A stretch of DNA of 64,000 nt from an uncultured cyanobacterium (GCA_963719515.1 CAVRCJ010000010.1:480001-544000); one strand, 5' to 3'. Shown: positions 10,381 through 21,027, counted from the first letter of the stretch. Numbers and translations: made by a program. The notes: generated by a model from the letters alone, not told the origin.

Positions 10381-11949
10381 CTAATAGCCGAGGCGCTGCA
10401 GGCGATCGAGATGACGACGGACTGGGGTGAGGGTATTGGCAGCAATCAGACCACTAGCGGCAACAGCCGGTAGGCCAATCCCAGGAAATACGGAGTCGCC
10501 GCACCGCAGCAAATTGGGGATATCGGTTTTGCCTGAGGGGAAGAAGCCCTTGGCCGCAGAAAGGGCTGGGCCATAGGTTCCTCGGTGCCGCCGCAGGTAG
10601 CGCTCGTGGGTGAGCGGGGTGCCCACCAGCGCCACCTCGCAGCGATCGCGCACGTCGGGAATCACCCGCTCTACGGCCCGCCACAGCACCTCAGCCCGCG
10701 CCTGCTTTTGCTGCTTGTAGGCCTTACCGCTGCGGTCTAGACCGGCCCAAGGTTCGTAGGGCTCGCTACCCGGCGTGTAGGCGTGGATGACCTGCTTCCC
10801 CGGCGGGGCAAGGGAGGGGTCGAGGACCGACGGAATGGAGATCAGCACTACGTTTTGCGGGGCGGTGACGCCTTTATCCCAATCGTTTACCACAATGTAG
10901 TGGCAGGCCAGGTCTGGCAAGCCCGTTCCGTCGATGCCGCCGTGCAGATGCATAAAGCTGGGACAAGCGGGGAGGTCTTGGGCTGCGACCTGGGAGGACC
11001 GGGCAGAAGCGGGCAGAAGCGATCGCGTATCCCAGGCTGAGGCGTTGGTGACTACGGCGCGGCGCGCGCGAATCGTTTCCCCGTTTCGGGCGCGCACCCC
11101 GACGGCTTTGCCCCGCTCTATCAAAATCTCGTCGATGTGGGTGTTGAGTCGCAGCGCGCCGCCGTGGCGGATCAGGCCGCGCACCAGGGCGTTGACTATG
11201 GCTTGACTGCCGCCGATGGGATAGTCGAGCTGCACGTTGGGGCGATACCATTCCGCAAACATAAAGGCCATCTCTGCGGCGCTCGTGCCGCTAGCGGGTA
11301 GCCCTGAGAGCAAAAAACACAGCAGATCTAGCCAGTTGCGAATGAAGGGGTCGCTGATGGTCTGGTCTCTGACGGCGGCAAAGCTGCCCGAGAGCCGGGC
11401 CATCTGCCCGCCGTGGCGCAGAACCGCAGGGGCAAAGCGCCCCAGGGTGAGGGCCGCACCCCAGTCTAAGCGTAGGGCTGAGGGGGGCAGTGCGGTCGCG
11501 GCCTGTCCGAGGGGATGGAGCTGTCGCTGCAGCTGTCGCCACTCCTGCACCGCTTGATGGCCCCGCAGCTTGTTCAGGATGTCGCAAAACTGGTCGGCCC
11601 CCACTTGGGTGTCGAAGTCCCCCTCCGGCAGGCAGCAGCCCCAGGTATCGTAGGTAGCGCAGGGCAGCGCTTCTCCAATCAGATCGAAGACGTGGCGCAG
11701 GGGATTAGTCGAAGGTTGGGACAGGCCGGAGTAGAGGGAGGGGCCAGAGTCAAACCGAAACCCCTGACGCTCAAATCCATGGGCCGCGCCGCCGGGAATG
11801 CTGTGGCTTTCGCACACCACCACCTCAATCCCTTCGTGCGCCAAAACGGCAGCGGCGCTGAGGCCACCGATGCCGCTGCCAATAATGATGACGTCTGTTT
11901 GCTGGTGTGGAATCATATCGCCTGTAAAGATAACGTTGGCGCAAGCCAT
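10381..11949 (-). CDS. CrtH/phytoene desaturase-like FAD oxidoreductase
   Basis: IIGSGIGGL FAD motif, FDSGPS, GTPLTH and GDSVFPGIG. Confidence 0.85.
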   Translation of the reverse strand: MACANVIFTGDMIPHQQTDVIIIGSGIGGLSAAAVLAHEGIEVVVCESHSIPGGAAHGFERQGFRFDSGPSLYSGLSQPSTNPLRHVFDLIGEALPCATYDTWGCCLPEGDFDTQVGADQFCDILNKLRGHQAVQEWRQLQRQLHPLGQAATALPPSALRLDWGAALTLGRFAPAVLRHGGQMARLSGSFAAVRDQTISDPFIRNWLDLLCFLLSGLPASGTSAAEMAFMFAEWYRPNVQLDYPIGGSQAIVNALVRGLIRHGGALRLNTHIDEILIERGKAVGVRARNGETIRARRAVVTNASAWDTRSLLPASARSSQVAAQDLPACPSFMHLHGGIDGTGLPDLACHYIVVNDWDKGVTAPQNVVLISIPSVLDPSLAPPGKQVIHAYTPGSEPYEPWAGLDRSGKAYKQQKQARAEVLWRAVERVIPDVRDRCEVALVGTPLTHERYLRRHRGTYGPALSAAKGFFPSGKTDIPNLLRCGDSVFPGIGLPAVAASGLIAANTLTPVRRHLDRLQRLGY

Positions 11950-11952
11950 GGG

Positions 11953-12291
11953 TCAGGCTAGCCTTGCGCCGTTGGGCACCTCTGCGTCGGGCACGGCCAG
12001 CACCACGGCCCCGTCGTCTCTATGAAACCCAGTGACCAGGCATTCTGACATAAAGGGACCGATTTGCTTGGGCGGAAAGTTGACGACGGCAATCACCCGT
12101 TTACCCATGAGGGTACGCTTGTCGTACAGGGCCGTGATTTGGGCGCTGGATTTTTTAATGCCAACATCGTTGCCAAAGTCGATTGTCAGCTTAAAGGCGG
12201 CCTTTCTGGCCTCGGGAAAGTCCTGAACGTCGATAACGGTACCGACGCGCAGCTCGACGTTTTGAAAATCAGACCATTCAATAGGCGTCAT
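11953..12291 (-). CDS. csaA: CsaA tRNA-binding/export chaperone
   Basis: FPEARK, KKSSAQIT and VVNFPPKQIGPFMSE motifs. Confidence 0.9.
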   Translation of the reverse strand: MTPIEWSDFQNVELRVGTVIDVQDFPEARKAAFKLTIDFGNDVGIKKSSAQITALYDKRTLMGKRVIAVVNFPPKQIGPFMSECLVTGFHRDDGAVVLAVPDAEVPNGARLA

Positions 12292-12315
12292 GACTGAATT
12301 GAGTGGGGGCGAGAA

Positions 12316-14211
12316 TTAGGAGGTTCCACAGCGCGGTTCCTGTACAGACATCATGATGACACTCTCTGACGGAAGCTTCACCTGCCAAGGAAAGGGCCAC
12401 CGTCTGAGCTGTTCCCACTTTTCCCGATAGACCTCCGCTTGGAGATGATAGTCCTGAGCTGACTCGGGTTGACTGTGGAGCTTGATGTAGAGCGTGACGC
12501 GGTGCTGGGTTTCACTGCTGGCCGCTAGCCAGCCTGGAAAAGCGTTGCTCGTCCCGTCTTCTGAAAACTGAATATGGTGTGCGCGGATGCCGACGTGGGC
12601 CACTGCCGAGACCGCTTCCGCCACCTCTAGCTCACAGCCCCAGTCCAAGGCCCTCACCCGGCGATCGCCCACTCGACGCCCCCGGGAAAAGTTTTTGCAC
12701 TCCGTAAGCCGCGCTACTTCTAGAGTAGGCGGCCGGGTGAATATCGTCTCCCGCGCGTCGTTCGCCAAGATTTGCCCTTCAGAGAGCACGAGAAGTCGGG
12801 GACAGACCCGGTAGACCTCTTCTAATTTATGGGTCACAAACAGGGCGACACCAGTGTAGCGACTCAGAACATCAATCAGCGATCGCTCGACGCGGCTGCG
12901 CAGGTAGGTGTCTAGGGCCGACAGCGGTTCGTCTAGCAGCAGCACCTCAGGCTCGGTAGTCAGCGCCCGAGCTAGGGCCACCCGCTGCTGCTGCCCTCCA
13001 GACAGCTGCGTCGGATAGCGATCGCCCAGTCCTTCTAGCTCCAGGGACTCAAGAATAGTCGCTACCCGAGCCGCCCGCTTCACTTTGGGTCGGGGCATTC
13101 CAAAAGCGATATTCTGGGCCACGGTCAGGTGGGGAAAGAGGGCATAGTTCTGGAACACCACCCCCACGCGGCGATCGCGGCTGGGCAAATTCACTCCCGC
13201 CTGTGCGTCGAACAGGACGCGCCCGTTGAGCACAATTTTGCCCTCAGAGGGCCTGTCGAGTCCGGCGATGCAGCGCAGGGTCATGCTCTTGCCCGAGCCA
13301 GAAGCCCCCAACAGGCCTAGCGGAGCGCCGTCAGCGCTGAAGCTAGCTTGGAGATTGAACCCCGGCACCTGGCGGACGATCGCCACCTGCAGGTGCGGAA
13401 CAGGCTGTCGGTGAGCTGCGCTGAGGTAGGGCGTTGCCTCCTGACTAGGACTGCACAGGACAGGATAGGCCGTCCCGAAATAGGCCCGATTGAACCCCTT
13501 AGTCATCCAGCCAGGATGGGCGACGGTGGCCGACGGTGTGTTTTCCCTGCCCCGACTGCCCGTAATCACAGCGATCGCCCCCAGGGCTACCCCCACCATC
13601 ACCATTACCCATCCCAGCGCTGCCCTCATCCGCCCTGCTTCTGCCGCAAAGAAAATGGCGATGGGCACCGTCTGGGTAACGCCCGGAATGCTGCCTCCCA
13701 CCATCAGCGCGGCCCCAAACTCCCCCATGGCGCGGGCAAACGCTAGCACCGTTCCGGCCAGGACTCCCGGCCACGCTAGCGGCAACAGCACCTGCCAAAA
13801 CAGCCGCCACTCCGACGCACCCAAAGTGCGGGCGGCGCTCACCAAGGTCGGGTCCACTTGCTCGAAAGCGCCCAGGGCCGTTTTGTACATCAGCGGAAAG
13901 GCCACCACCGCTGCAGCGATCGCCACCGCCGCCCAGGTAAAAATAATCGACAGTCCCCAAAGGTCAAGTAACCGTCCCACCGGACCGTTGGCCCCTAGCA
14001 GCAGCAGCAGCAAAAAGCCCACCACCGTTGGCGGCAGCACCAGCGGCAGAGTAAAGAGGCCGTCTACCAAGCCCCGCCATTTCCCCCGGTAGGACAGCAT
14101 CCAGCGAGCGGCGGCGAGGCCGGTCAAGAAGGCAAATAGAGTGGCGGCAAGCGCCGTTTTAAGCGAGATCCAAAGAGGATCGACTACGGACGTGACCATA
14201 ACTGTTCTCAC
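12316..14211 (-). CDS. modBC: Fused molybdate ABC permease/ATPase (ModB-ModC)
   Basis: LPLVLPPTVVG and ARAMGEFGA permease motifs fused to GASGSGKS and LSGGQQQR ATPase motifs. Confidence 0.9.
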   Translation of the reverse strand: MRTVMVTSVVDPLWISLKTALAATLFAFLTGLAAARWMLSYRGKWRGLVDGLFTLPLVLPPTVVGFLLLLLLGANGPVGRLLDLWGLSIIFTWAAVAIAAAVVAFPLMYKTALGAFEQVDPTLVSAARTLGASEWRLFWQVLLPLAWPGVLAGTVLAFARAMGEFGAALMVGGSIPGVTQTVPIAIFFAAEAGRMRAALGWVMVMVGVALGAIAVITGSRGRENTPSATVAHPGWMTKGFNRAYFGTAYPVLCSPSQEATPYLSAAHRQPVPHLQVAIVRQVPGFNLQASFSADGAPLGLLGASGSGKSMTLRCIAGLDRPSEGKIVLNGRVLFDAQAGVNLPSRDRRVGVVFQNYALFPHLTVAQNIAFGMPRPKVKRAARVATILESLELEGLGDRYPTQLSGGQQQRVALARALTTEPEVLLLDEPLSALDTYLRSRVERSLIDVLSRYTGVALFVTHKLEEVYRVCPRLLVLSEGQILANDARETIFTRPPTLEVARLTECKNFSRGRRVGDRRVRALDWGCELEVAEAVSAVAHVGIRAHHIQFSEDGTSNAFPGWLAASSETQHRVTLYIKLHSQPESAQDYHLQAEVYREKWEQLRRWPFPWQVKLPSESVIMMSVQEPRCGTS

Positions 14212-14310
14212 TGCCGTCCTATCCTAGGCGATCGCCGGGCATGTTCTAGAGCCCGTGCTGAAACATACGCTGAAGCATGCTGCGAGCTTTGGTTCGCTGA
14301 GGTTGAAAAG

Positions 14311-16161
14311 CTAAGAGTCCAAAGGCAGAGTGAACGTTAGCGTTGTCCCCCGCCCCTGCTGGCTCTCAACATCAATTGTGCCGCCGTGGGCTTCCACAAT
14401 CTGTCGACAGCGGTAGAGGCCTAAGCTAACGCCGCGGTAGTGGCGAGAGTCAGGGCAGTCGACGTAGAGATCAAACAGGCGATCGCAGCGTTCAGGGTCA
14501 ATTCCCTTACCGTTGTCTGTGATGCAGCACCGCACGGCGGTCTCATGGCGCTGTGCGGTAAGGGTCACCGTCACTTTAGGAAAATTGTGGCCCACGGCAT
14601 TGACAATCAGCTGGCGCAGGACCTGCTGAGTTAGCTTGGGGTCGACCCAAATTTGGGGTAAGTCGTTGGGGATATCAACGGTGAGCTGGGCGTGATTTTC
14701 ATGGAGAAGCGGCGCGAGTTCTGCAATCACCTGATCGACTAAGTGGGCCAAACAGACGGTCGTTTGCTCTAAATTCAGCCCCGCCATCCGGGCTCTGTAG
14801 ATCTCCTTCAAGTTTTCAAGCTTGCGAAGCTGGACCTCACTGGCCTGGCGCATTTGCTTCAATAGGCTGGTGGGAAGACTCACCGCCTCACGAGACTGAG
14901 ATTCTAAGGTTTCCAGCAGCATCAAGTTACCGCTCACGGAGGTGCATAGATCGTGGGTGATGGCGTGCAGAAAAAAGTGCTGAACGCTATTGAGATCCTG
15001 AACCTTCTGCATCTGATGCTGAAGCTGCGCTGTGCGCTCTTCAACCTGCTGCTCTAGGCCGGCGTTGAGCCTCTGAACCCGCTCTAGCAGCATGGCCTGT
15101 TGAATGGCGATCGCCACCTGCGTGGAAATTCGCTCTAGCAATTCGCTTTCGCGGGATTGCCACTGCCGGCTCTGGCTGCACTGATGCACGACCAAAACAC
15201 CAAACAGCTCGCCTTCCACCACAATCGCGGCCCCCATAGCCGATTTGGTTTCGTAGCGCTGCACAAAGTTCCGGTAGGGGCAGGTTGGCTCTAAAAGGCC
15301 GATGTCGTCGACTTGAACCACCGACTTTTCCCCCATCATTGTGCGAATGTCCTCTGTGGGAATTTCATCAGCTCGGCCCAGAATAGAGTCGAAGGGCTCT
15401 GTCACAGATTCGGCCACAATCTCGCTACTATTTCCGCTGGTGCTGGGGTCGCGCATTCGGTGAACAAAGGCGCGATCGACGCGAAGGACTCGCCGCACTT
15501 CTGTTACGGTGGCCTCTAAGATGTCGTTTAGGTCTAGGGACTGACGGATACGAATGGCGATTTCTCCCAGCAGGCGATCGCGCTCCGCCGATAGCCGCAG
15601 AGTTTCCTGGGCTCGCTTGTGGTCAGTGACGTCCCGGACTACTGTCAGTAGGCAAGGCCGGTGGTTGAATTCAAATACGGAGGTGGACAACAGGGTTTGA
15701 ATAGCGCTGCCGTCCTTGTGGTGGAATACGATATCTCGGTTATAGACGGTGCCCGACTGCTGGATGCTCTCTACTAAGTCGCGGCGCTCGTCAGGGTTGT
15801 GCCAGAGGCCGAGATCAATAGAGGTACGCCCCAGGGCCTCCTCGCGGGTATAGCCCGTCAATTTCACAAAGCTGTCGTTGACCTCCAAAAACTGTCCGTT
15901 GCTCAGATAGCTGAGCGTAACTGCATCGGGGCTAAAGGCAACCGCTTTAGAGAACTTTTCCTCAGACAGCTTCAAGGCTGCCGCCATTCGACCCTGCTGG
16001 AGCACCGTCATAGCCAGCAGCAGGGTGGTAATAGAGGTAATGCCAGTCAGGACTTCTAGCCAAAACACAAGGCTGAATTCTGGCGCAGTGATAGAGGCGA
16101 TCGCTCCCCAGAACAGCGCTAAAGCATAGCTAGCGTTGGCCCACATAACCTTTGTTGCCAT
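14311..16161 (-). CDS. PAS-GAF sensor histidine kinase
   Basis: Short hydrophobic N-terminus, PAS, GAF, atypical H-box ITHDLCT, and DNGKG/GVSLGL ATPase motifs. Confidence 0.87.
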   Translation of the reverse strand: MATKVMWANASYALALFWGAIASITAPEFSLVFWLEVLTGITSITTLLLAMTVLQQGRMAAALKLSEEKFSKAVAFSPDAVTLSYLSNGQFLEVNDSFVKLTGYTREEALGRTSIDLGLWHNPDERRDLVESIQQSGTVYNRDIVFHHKDGSAIQTLLSTSVFEFNHRPCLLTVVRDVTDHKRAQETLRLSAERDRLLGEIAIRIRQSLDLNDILEATVTEVRRVLRVDRAFVHRMRDPSTSGNSSEIVAESVTEPFDSILGRADEIPTEDIRTMMGEKSVVQVDDIGLLEPTCPYRNFVQRYETKSAMGAAIVVEGELFGVLVVHQCSQSRQWQSRESELLERISTQVAIAIQQAMLLERVQRLNAGLEQQVEERTAQLQHQMQKVQDLNSVQHFFLHAITHDLCTSVSGNLMLLETLESQSREAVSLPTSLLKQMRQASEVQLRKLENLKEIYRARMAGLNLEQTTVCLAHLVDQVIAELAPLLHENHAQLTVDIPNDLPQIWVDPKLTQQVLRQLIVNAVGHNFPKVTVTLTAQRHETAVRCCITDNGKGIDPERCDRLFDLYVDCPDSRHYRGVSLGLYRCRQIVEAHGGTIDVESQQGRGTTLTFTLPLDS

Positions 16162-16326
16162 AGAGAATTGTGAGAGCAGGGCGCAGACGAATGGTCACCA
16201 GCAAACGCCCCATCTAGAGCTACTACAGCTGTGATATCTCGATGGAGACCCGGAGGTGATGATCATGCAGTCCAGTATTACCATCCTAGAGGGTCCTTGC
16301 CGATGTCGTCACTCGCCCATATAAGC

Positions 16327-16360
16327 GCAAAAAGCGAGCCTTGGAGGGCTCGCTTTTTGC
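16327..16360. terminator. Bidirectional intrinsic terminator-like hairpin
   Basis: GCAAAAAGCGAGCC-ttggag-GGCTCGCTTTTTGC perfect inverted repeat. Confidence 0.7.
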
Positions 16361-16458
16361 ACCGGTAGGAATAGGCTAAAGGCCAGTAGAGGGACAAAGA
16401 CTGTTGGCGGCATCAAAAGCTCCTTTTACCAAAAATCATGGGTCTAAAGCCCCGTCCT

Positions 16459-16599
16459 TCAGGACGGCTTCTCTAAATGTAGGCGATCTATCCAATCTTC
16501 TACCAGTTGAGTCATGGTCTTGTCCCTCTCTTTTGCAATCGCCCTAAGCTTTTGCAATCTTTTAATAGAGACTCTTAAATTAAGCTGTCCTTTTGCCAT
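16459..16599 (-). CDS. 46-aa ribbon-helix-helix-like protein (below ORF-track cutoff)
   Basis: Manual translation: MAKGQLNLRVSIKRLQKLRAIAKERDKTMTQLVEDWIDRLHLEKPS*. Beta-strand (LNLRV) followed by two amphipathic helices. Confidence 0.75.
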   Translation of the reverse strand: MAKGQLNLRVSIKRLQKLRAIAKERDKTMTQLVEDWIDRLHLEKPS

Positions 16600-16642
16600 A
16601 CTGCCTACACAATGCCTACGCATCTATGCTAACATAAACAGT

Positions 16643-17767
16643 ATGAGAACATTGAAGTTTAAGATATACGAGCACAAGCGGAACCGGCACCTAAAGCGCA
16701 CTATTAATGCTGCTGGGGTGATTTGGAACCACTGCATTGCTCTCCACAAACGGTACTACCGTATGTGGGGCAAACACCTCAATTGCTCTAAACTTCAGTC
16801 TCATATTGCCAAGCTACGGAGGCGCAATCCGTTTTGGCAGTTGGTGGGGTCTCAGGCTGTGCAGGACATCTGCCAGCGAATTGAAAAGGCATACCAGCTG
16901 TTCTTTAAGCATCACGGCAAAGGCTATAGGCCGCCTAGCTTTCAGAAGGTAAGGCGATACAAGTCGTTCACCCTAAAACAGGCGGGATACAAGCTGCTCA
17001 ATGGTGGTCGTATCAAGATAGGCAGCAGGGTCTACCAGTATTGGAATTCAAGGGAGATAGAGGGCAAGGTTAAGACCGTCACGGTGAAGCGATCGCCTTT
17101 GGGTGAGCTGTTTTTAGCCGTTGTGGTGGACCAGGAAGCTGAACCAGTTCAAGGCATCGAGACGGGTAAAACCGCTGGTGCTGATTTTGGACTGAAGACG
17201 TTTCTCACTTTGTCAGATGGTACTCAAATCGAGTCTCCTGAATTCCTGAAAGCATCGCTCAAAGACCTTTGCCGAGCTAGCCGCAACCTATCGCGCAAGC
17301 GAAAAAAGTCGGCAAACTGGCACAGGGCAAGACTAAATCTAGCTCGCTGCCATGAGGCCATAGCCAATAGGCGACGAGATTGGTTTTGGAAGCTTGCCCA
17401 CCGGCTAACCGATACCTACGATGCGCTCTACTTTGAGACGCTGAACCTGAAAGGGATGCAGCGGCTATGGGGCCGGAAGATATCGGACCTAGCCCTAGCT
17501 GAATTTCTCGAAATCCTTCAGTGGGTGGCAAAGAAAAAAGGCAAGACCGTAGCATTCATCGACCAGTGGTATCCCAGCTCTAAAACTTGTAGCTGTTGTG
17601 GGCACGTACTGAAGGAGTTAGATCTAAAACAACGGCAGTGGGATTGCCCTGCCTGTGGCGCTCACCACGACCGAGACCTAAATGCTGCAATAAACATTCA
17701 ACGGGTTGGGGCGTCAACCCGTGGGCTAGGCGATGTCAGACAGGCTCAGCCTGCGATCGCTGCTTGA
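16643..17767 (+). CDS. tnpB: RNA-guided endonuclease TnpB
   Basis: RuvC D-E-D motifs (GADFG, YFETL, HDRDLNAA) and zinc finger CSCC/CPAC intact; start MRTLKF. Confidence 0.93.
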   Translation: MRTLKFKIYEHKRNRHLKRTINAAGVIWNHCIALHKRYYRMWGKHLNCSKLQSHIAKLRRRNPFWQLVGSQAVQDICQRIEKAYQLFFKHHGKGYRPPSFQKVRRYKSFTLKQAGYKLLNGGRIKIGSRVYQYWNSREIEGKVKTVTVKRSPLGELFLAVVVDQEAEPVQGIETGKTAGADFGLKTFLTLSDGTQIESPEFLKASLKDLCRASRNLSRKRKKSANWHRARLNLARCHEAIANRRRDWFWKLAHRLTDTYDALYFETLNLKGMQRLWGRKISDLALAEFLEILQWVAKKKGKTVAFIDQWYPSSKTCSCCGHVLKELDLKQRQWDCPACGAHHDRDLNAAINIQRVGASTRGLGDVRQAQPAIAA

Positions 17768-17888
17768 TTCCAGAATCCCCGCTCTTCAGGGCGGGGAGTA
17801 CGTCAAAAAGTCGACACCTATAGGCGTCAGTACAGGGCTTGAGGCAGTGCCGTTAGGGTGGCCTACCCTGGGCAAAGCTAGCAGCGGG

Positions 17889-18080
17889 CTAAGCGGTCTC
17901 CAGCCAGTCAAAAACACGGTCGAGCTGCTCTAGGGTGATCAGCCCATACTGCCACAAAATCATGGGCAGAGGGCCCGGATCTTGCTCGCTGTGTCGCAAG
18001 GCAATCGAGATAGACGACGGAGAGATCGACAGCTCCTCCTGGAGGAACGTGATCAGTTTTGAGTAAGTTGCTGATGTCAT
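17889..18080 (-). CDS. DUF2949 family small cyanobacterial protein
   Basis: FLQEELSI...PLPMILWQYGLITLEQLDRVFDWLE. Confidence 0.88.
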   Translation of the reverse strand: MTSATYSKLITFLQEELSISPSSISIALRHSEQDPGPLPMILWQYGLITLEQLDRVFDWLETA

Positions 18081-18443
18081 GAGAATTTTTTTATTTTAAA
18101 TAGGGAATTTTAAAAACAGGTCTGTTAAAGGGAGAACGTAAGAGGGATTTTAACGGCACCTAGCAGAATTATGCATCCGTCGCTGGGTTATGGCTGTATT
18201 TAGCTTTTCTATATTCAATCCCTAACAGATATCAAAGTCGTTCTGATACCGAAGCCATGAGGCAGAGGTTCCGCGTTAGGCAATAGTATACGCAACGCGA
18301 TCTCTCAAATATCGCCCCTAGGGGGGCAATTTCTAAAATGGCCGGTGGTTAAGGGTAACTCATTTTGCCACAGCAAAGCTGAGCAGAATGATTCAATTCT
18401 GATAGTTTCCTTAAGTTTTGCAGCGGGCTTCGTCGCCGGATCT

Positions 18444-18962
18444 TCAGCGCACCGGATCGATGAACTCAACGTCGATGCGATCGCCGACCTGGAGGCCTAT
18501 TTCTGCGGCTCGTCCGCCCCGTAGCTCAATCACCTGATCTATCTCCTCTGACGGGCCGTAGGTAGGGCAGGGGGTTGCGGTGCAGGGAGGGACATCAGCA
18601 GCGACCGCCACCACCTCACCCTGGCGCAAAAACACCATGTCTAAAGGCAGCTGCACGTTGCGCATCCAAAACTGGACGGGGCGGGGCGGGGCAAATGGAA
18701 ACAGCATGCCCCGGTTGTCCGGGATCTGCGCGCGAAACATGAAGCCAGTCGCCCTTTGGTCAGGGGTCTCCGCCACTTCTAGCTCAATGCGATTGCCTCG
18801 AATATCTATGGTAGCGGAGATGGGTAACACTTGGCCCTGCGGTGTAGATGAGATAAGAGCGCTTTTGGAAGGGGCCGGAGCAGCGACCTGAGGCGTAGGC
18901 TGTACTACTGCCGCGCTGCAGCCTGCCGCCAGTAGCCCAAGGCTGAGGGCAGCAGCTGTCAT
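18444..18962 (-). CDS. DUF192 family lipoprotein
   Basis: Lipobox LAAGC, LEVAETP, GMLF, FWMRN and VIELRGG; start set at MTAAA. Confidence 0.85.
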   Translation of the reverse strand: MTAAALSLGLLAAGCSAAVVQPTPQVAAPAPSKSALISSTPQGQVLPISATIDIRGNRIELEVAETPDQRATGFMFRAQIPDNRGMLFPFAPPRPVQFWMRNVQLPLDMVFLRQGEVVAVAADVPPCTATPCPTYGPSEEIDQVIELRGGRAAEIGLQVGDRIDVEFIDPVR

Positions 18963-19002
18963 TAGCGTGCCTCTAAAGAGAAATTCATAGGGACGTGCTG
19001 AA

Positions 19003-19695
19003 TTACGATTCTCGCAGCACGTAGCCCACACCGCGTACGGTTTGGATAAGACGCTTCTCACCATCTTGTTCAATTTTGATTCGTAGGTAGCGAATGTAGA
19101 CTTCAATAACATTGGATTCACCCATAAAATCGTAGCCCCAAACGTTTTCCAAGATTTGCTCCCGCGTCAGTACGGTTCGGGGATGCTCCATGAAATAGCG
19201 CAGCAGCTCAAACTCTTTCATCGTTAGCTCAATCACCCGACTCCGGCGAACGGCATGGCGAGCGGCGATATCCAGCGTCAGGTCGCCAAACCGGAGCTGC
19301 TCAACGACTTTGTCTTGAGGGCGTAGGTATAGGCTTACGAGGTCTAGAAAGTCGTCAGTGCGATAAGGCTTCAAAAAATAATCGTCAGCCCCGACGTCAA
19401 GACAGGCCACGCGATCGGCAACCGTGTCGCGGGCCATCAGCAGCAGCACCGGAGTTTGAGTTCCTAGCTCCCGCAGCTGACGGCAGAGGGTTAGCCCCGA
19501 TGACGTCCCTGACAGCATGCGATCGATGATGATTAGGGCAGGTTCAAAGGTCTGGATTTGCCGCAGACCGTGCTCCGCATCCGCCGCCACCGCAGAATCG
19601 TATCCCGACTCCATCAAATCAGCGTAGATCTGGTGCGCCAGCGATTGATCGCTTTCGATCAGCAAGATGCGGGAGGTGACGGGGGTGGCACACAT
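19003..19695 (-). CDS. nblR: OmpR-family response regulator, NblR-like
   Basis: Atypical receiver domain (ILLIESD, LLLMAR) plus winged helix (SNVIEVYIRYLR, TVRGVGY). Lies next to NAD kinase and DUF192 genes, an arrangement I recall for nblR. Confidence 0.7.
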   Translation of the reverse strand: MCATPVTSRILLIESDQSLAHQIYADLMESGYDSAVAADAEHGLRQIQTFEPALIIIDRMLSGTSSGLTLCRQLRELGTQTPVLLLMARDTVADRVACLDVGADDYFLKPYRTDDFLDLVSLYLRPQDKVVEQLRFGDLTLDIAARHAVRRSRVIELTMKEFELLRYFMEHPRTVLTREQILENVWGYDFMGESNVIEVYIRYLRIKIEQDGEKRLIQTVRGVGYVLRES

Positions 19696-19825
19696 GGGCG
19701 GCGTCCATACCGAAGGGCCGTAGAAAACTCGTCTGTGCCTATCCTACAGCAGAGTACTCCGGAGCGGCAGCGGTGGTTTCCCCTACTCGCATCTAACGTA
19801 CTTTAGCCTGCCCCAGTTCCCTCGG

Positions 19826-20743
19826 CTAGGGCAACTCTACCGATGTGGGCTTGGCGATGTGGGGTAAGCCCCAGCCCAGCTTCTCCCGCAGCACGTGAAA
19901 AAATTCGGGCGATCGCAGCCGAATAAACTTGGCGGGGTAGGGCGATCGCTGCACGCGCACGGTGTCGTTTGGCAGCACGTAGCATCCGGCGTTGCCGTCT
20001 ACCACCATTGCGAGCCGGTCGGGATTTGCGGGATGAATAGTTACGGGCTCGGCGTCGCTGAACACTAAAGCGCGAGAGGCCAGGGAATGGGGGCAAATTG
20101 GCGCTAGCTGCAAAACGGGGACGTCTGGGGTGAGTACCGGACCGCCTGCTGCAAGGCCGTAGGCGGTGGAGCCCGTCGGGGTTGAAATAATCACCCCGTC
20201 AGCGGCAATATCAACCGGCGCGTGGTGACCGACCCGTATTTCGAAATGGCACATGCAGGTCATGGGCTCTCGGTGCAGCGCCATTTCGTTGAGGCCTAAG
20301 ACCTCCCACACAACGGTGTCGCCCCGAAAGACCTGCACCATCAACATGCAGCGTGGCTCTATCCGATAGTCCTCAGTGAGCAGGGCGTCAATCGCCTGGA
20401 AAAGCTGGTTGGCGTAAGTTTCCGTCAGAAAGCCTAAGTGGCCCGTATTGACGGTCAGCAGCGGAATACCCATGGGGGCCACCTGCCGGAAGCTAGACAA
20501 GACCGTGCCGTCGCCGCCCAAAACGATCGCAAACGCCATGTCGTGATCGAAACCGGCGGGGGCCAGTTGGTCAACAGAGCTGTGGCACATCGGTTTGTTT
20601 GGGGACGAGTAGCCTAACAGCCCCCCTCTACCCGTCGCTAGACATACCTCCCAACCGCTAGCGGTCAGCTTACCCTCTAGCTCTTCAGCGATGCGGCAAG
20701 CGGCGGGCTTGATGTCGTTGTAGATAATGCCGGCTTTGGGCAC
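19826..20743 (-). CDS. nadK: NAD(+) kinase
   Basis: GGDGT, GHLGFL, LNE and [14 protein letters not shown] motifs; GTG start. Confidence 0.95.
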   Translation of the reverse strand: MPKAGIIYNDIKPAACRIAEELEGKLTASGWEVCLATGRGGLLGYSSPNKPMCHSSVDQLAPAGFDHDMAFAIVLGGDGTVLSSFRQVAPMGIPLLTVNTGHLGFLTETYANQLFQAIDALLTEDYRIEPRCMLMVQVFRGDTVVWEVLGLNEMALHREPMTCMCHFEIRVGHHAPVDIAADGVIISTPTGSTAYGLAAGGPVLTPDVPVLQLAPICPHSLASRALVFSDAEPVTIHPANPDRLAMVVDGNAGCYVLPNDTVRVQRSPYPAKFIRLRSPEFFHVLREKLGWGLPHIAKPTSVELP

Positions 20744-21027
20744 GTTTAGAATCCGAAAGTACTAACAAATCGTGCAGGAGACGATTGGGCCTCAACGGGC
20801 CGCGTAGCGATCGCACCAACGACGCTGCAGCTTTGAAATCGCCTCTGCTATCTATATAGAGTAATCGATTTGGTCCAGGTAGGTGAACCAAGTTTGTCTG
20901 TGTGAGACCTGCCGGCTGCTCTAAAACACACACTCATGAGGTTTTCACGTCTTTTTTTCTCATCCCTTGTCGCGTGAGGCAAGATGTAGGGATACCTAAA
21001 TACCTGATCAGGAGAGATCAAAAGGTT

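Larger units (their letters stand above)
16430..17806 (+). mobile_element. IS200/IS605-family element A (no tnpA; RHH-like gene + tnpB)
   Basis: Target TTAC precedes the left end, which has AAAG followed by a hairpin. The right end is GAAT-CCCCGCTCTTCAGGGCGGGG...TCAA. No target-site duplication. Confidence 0.88.
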
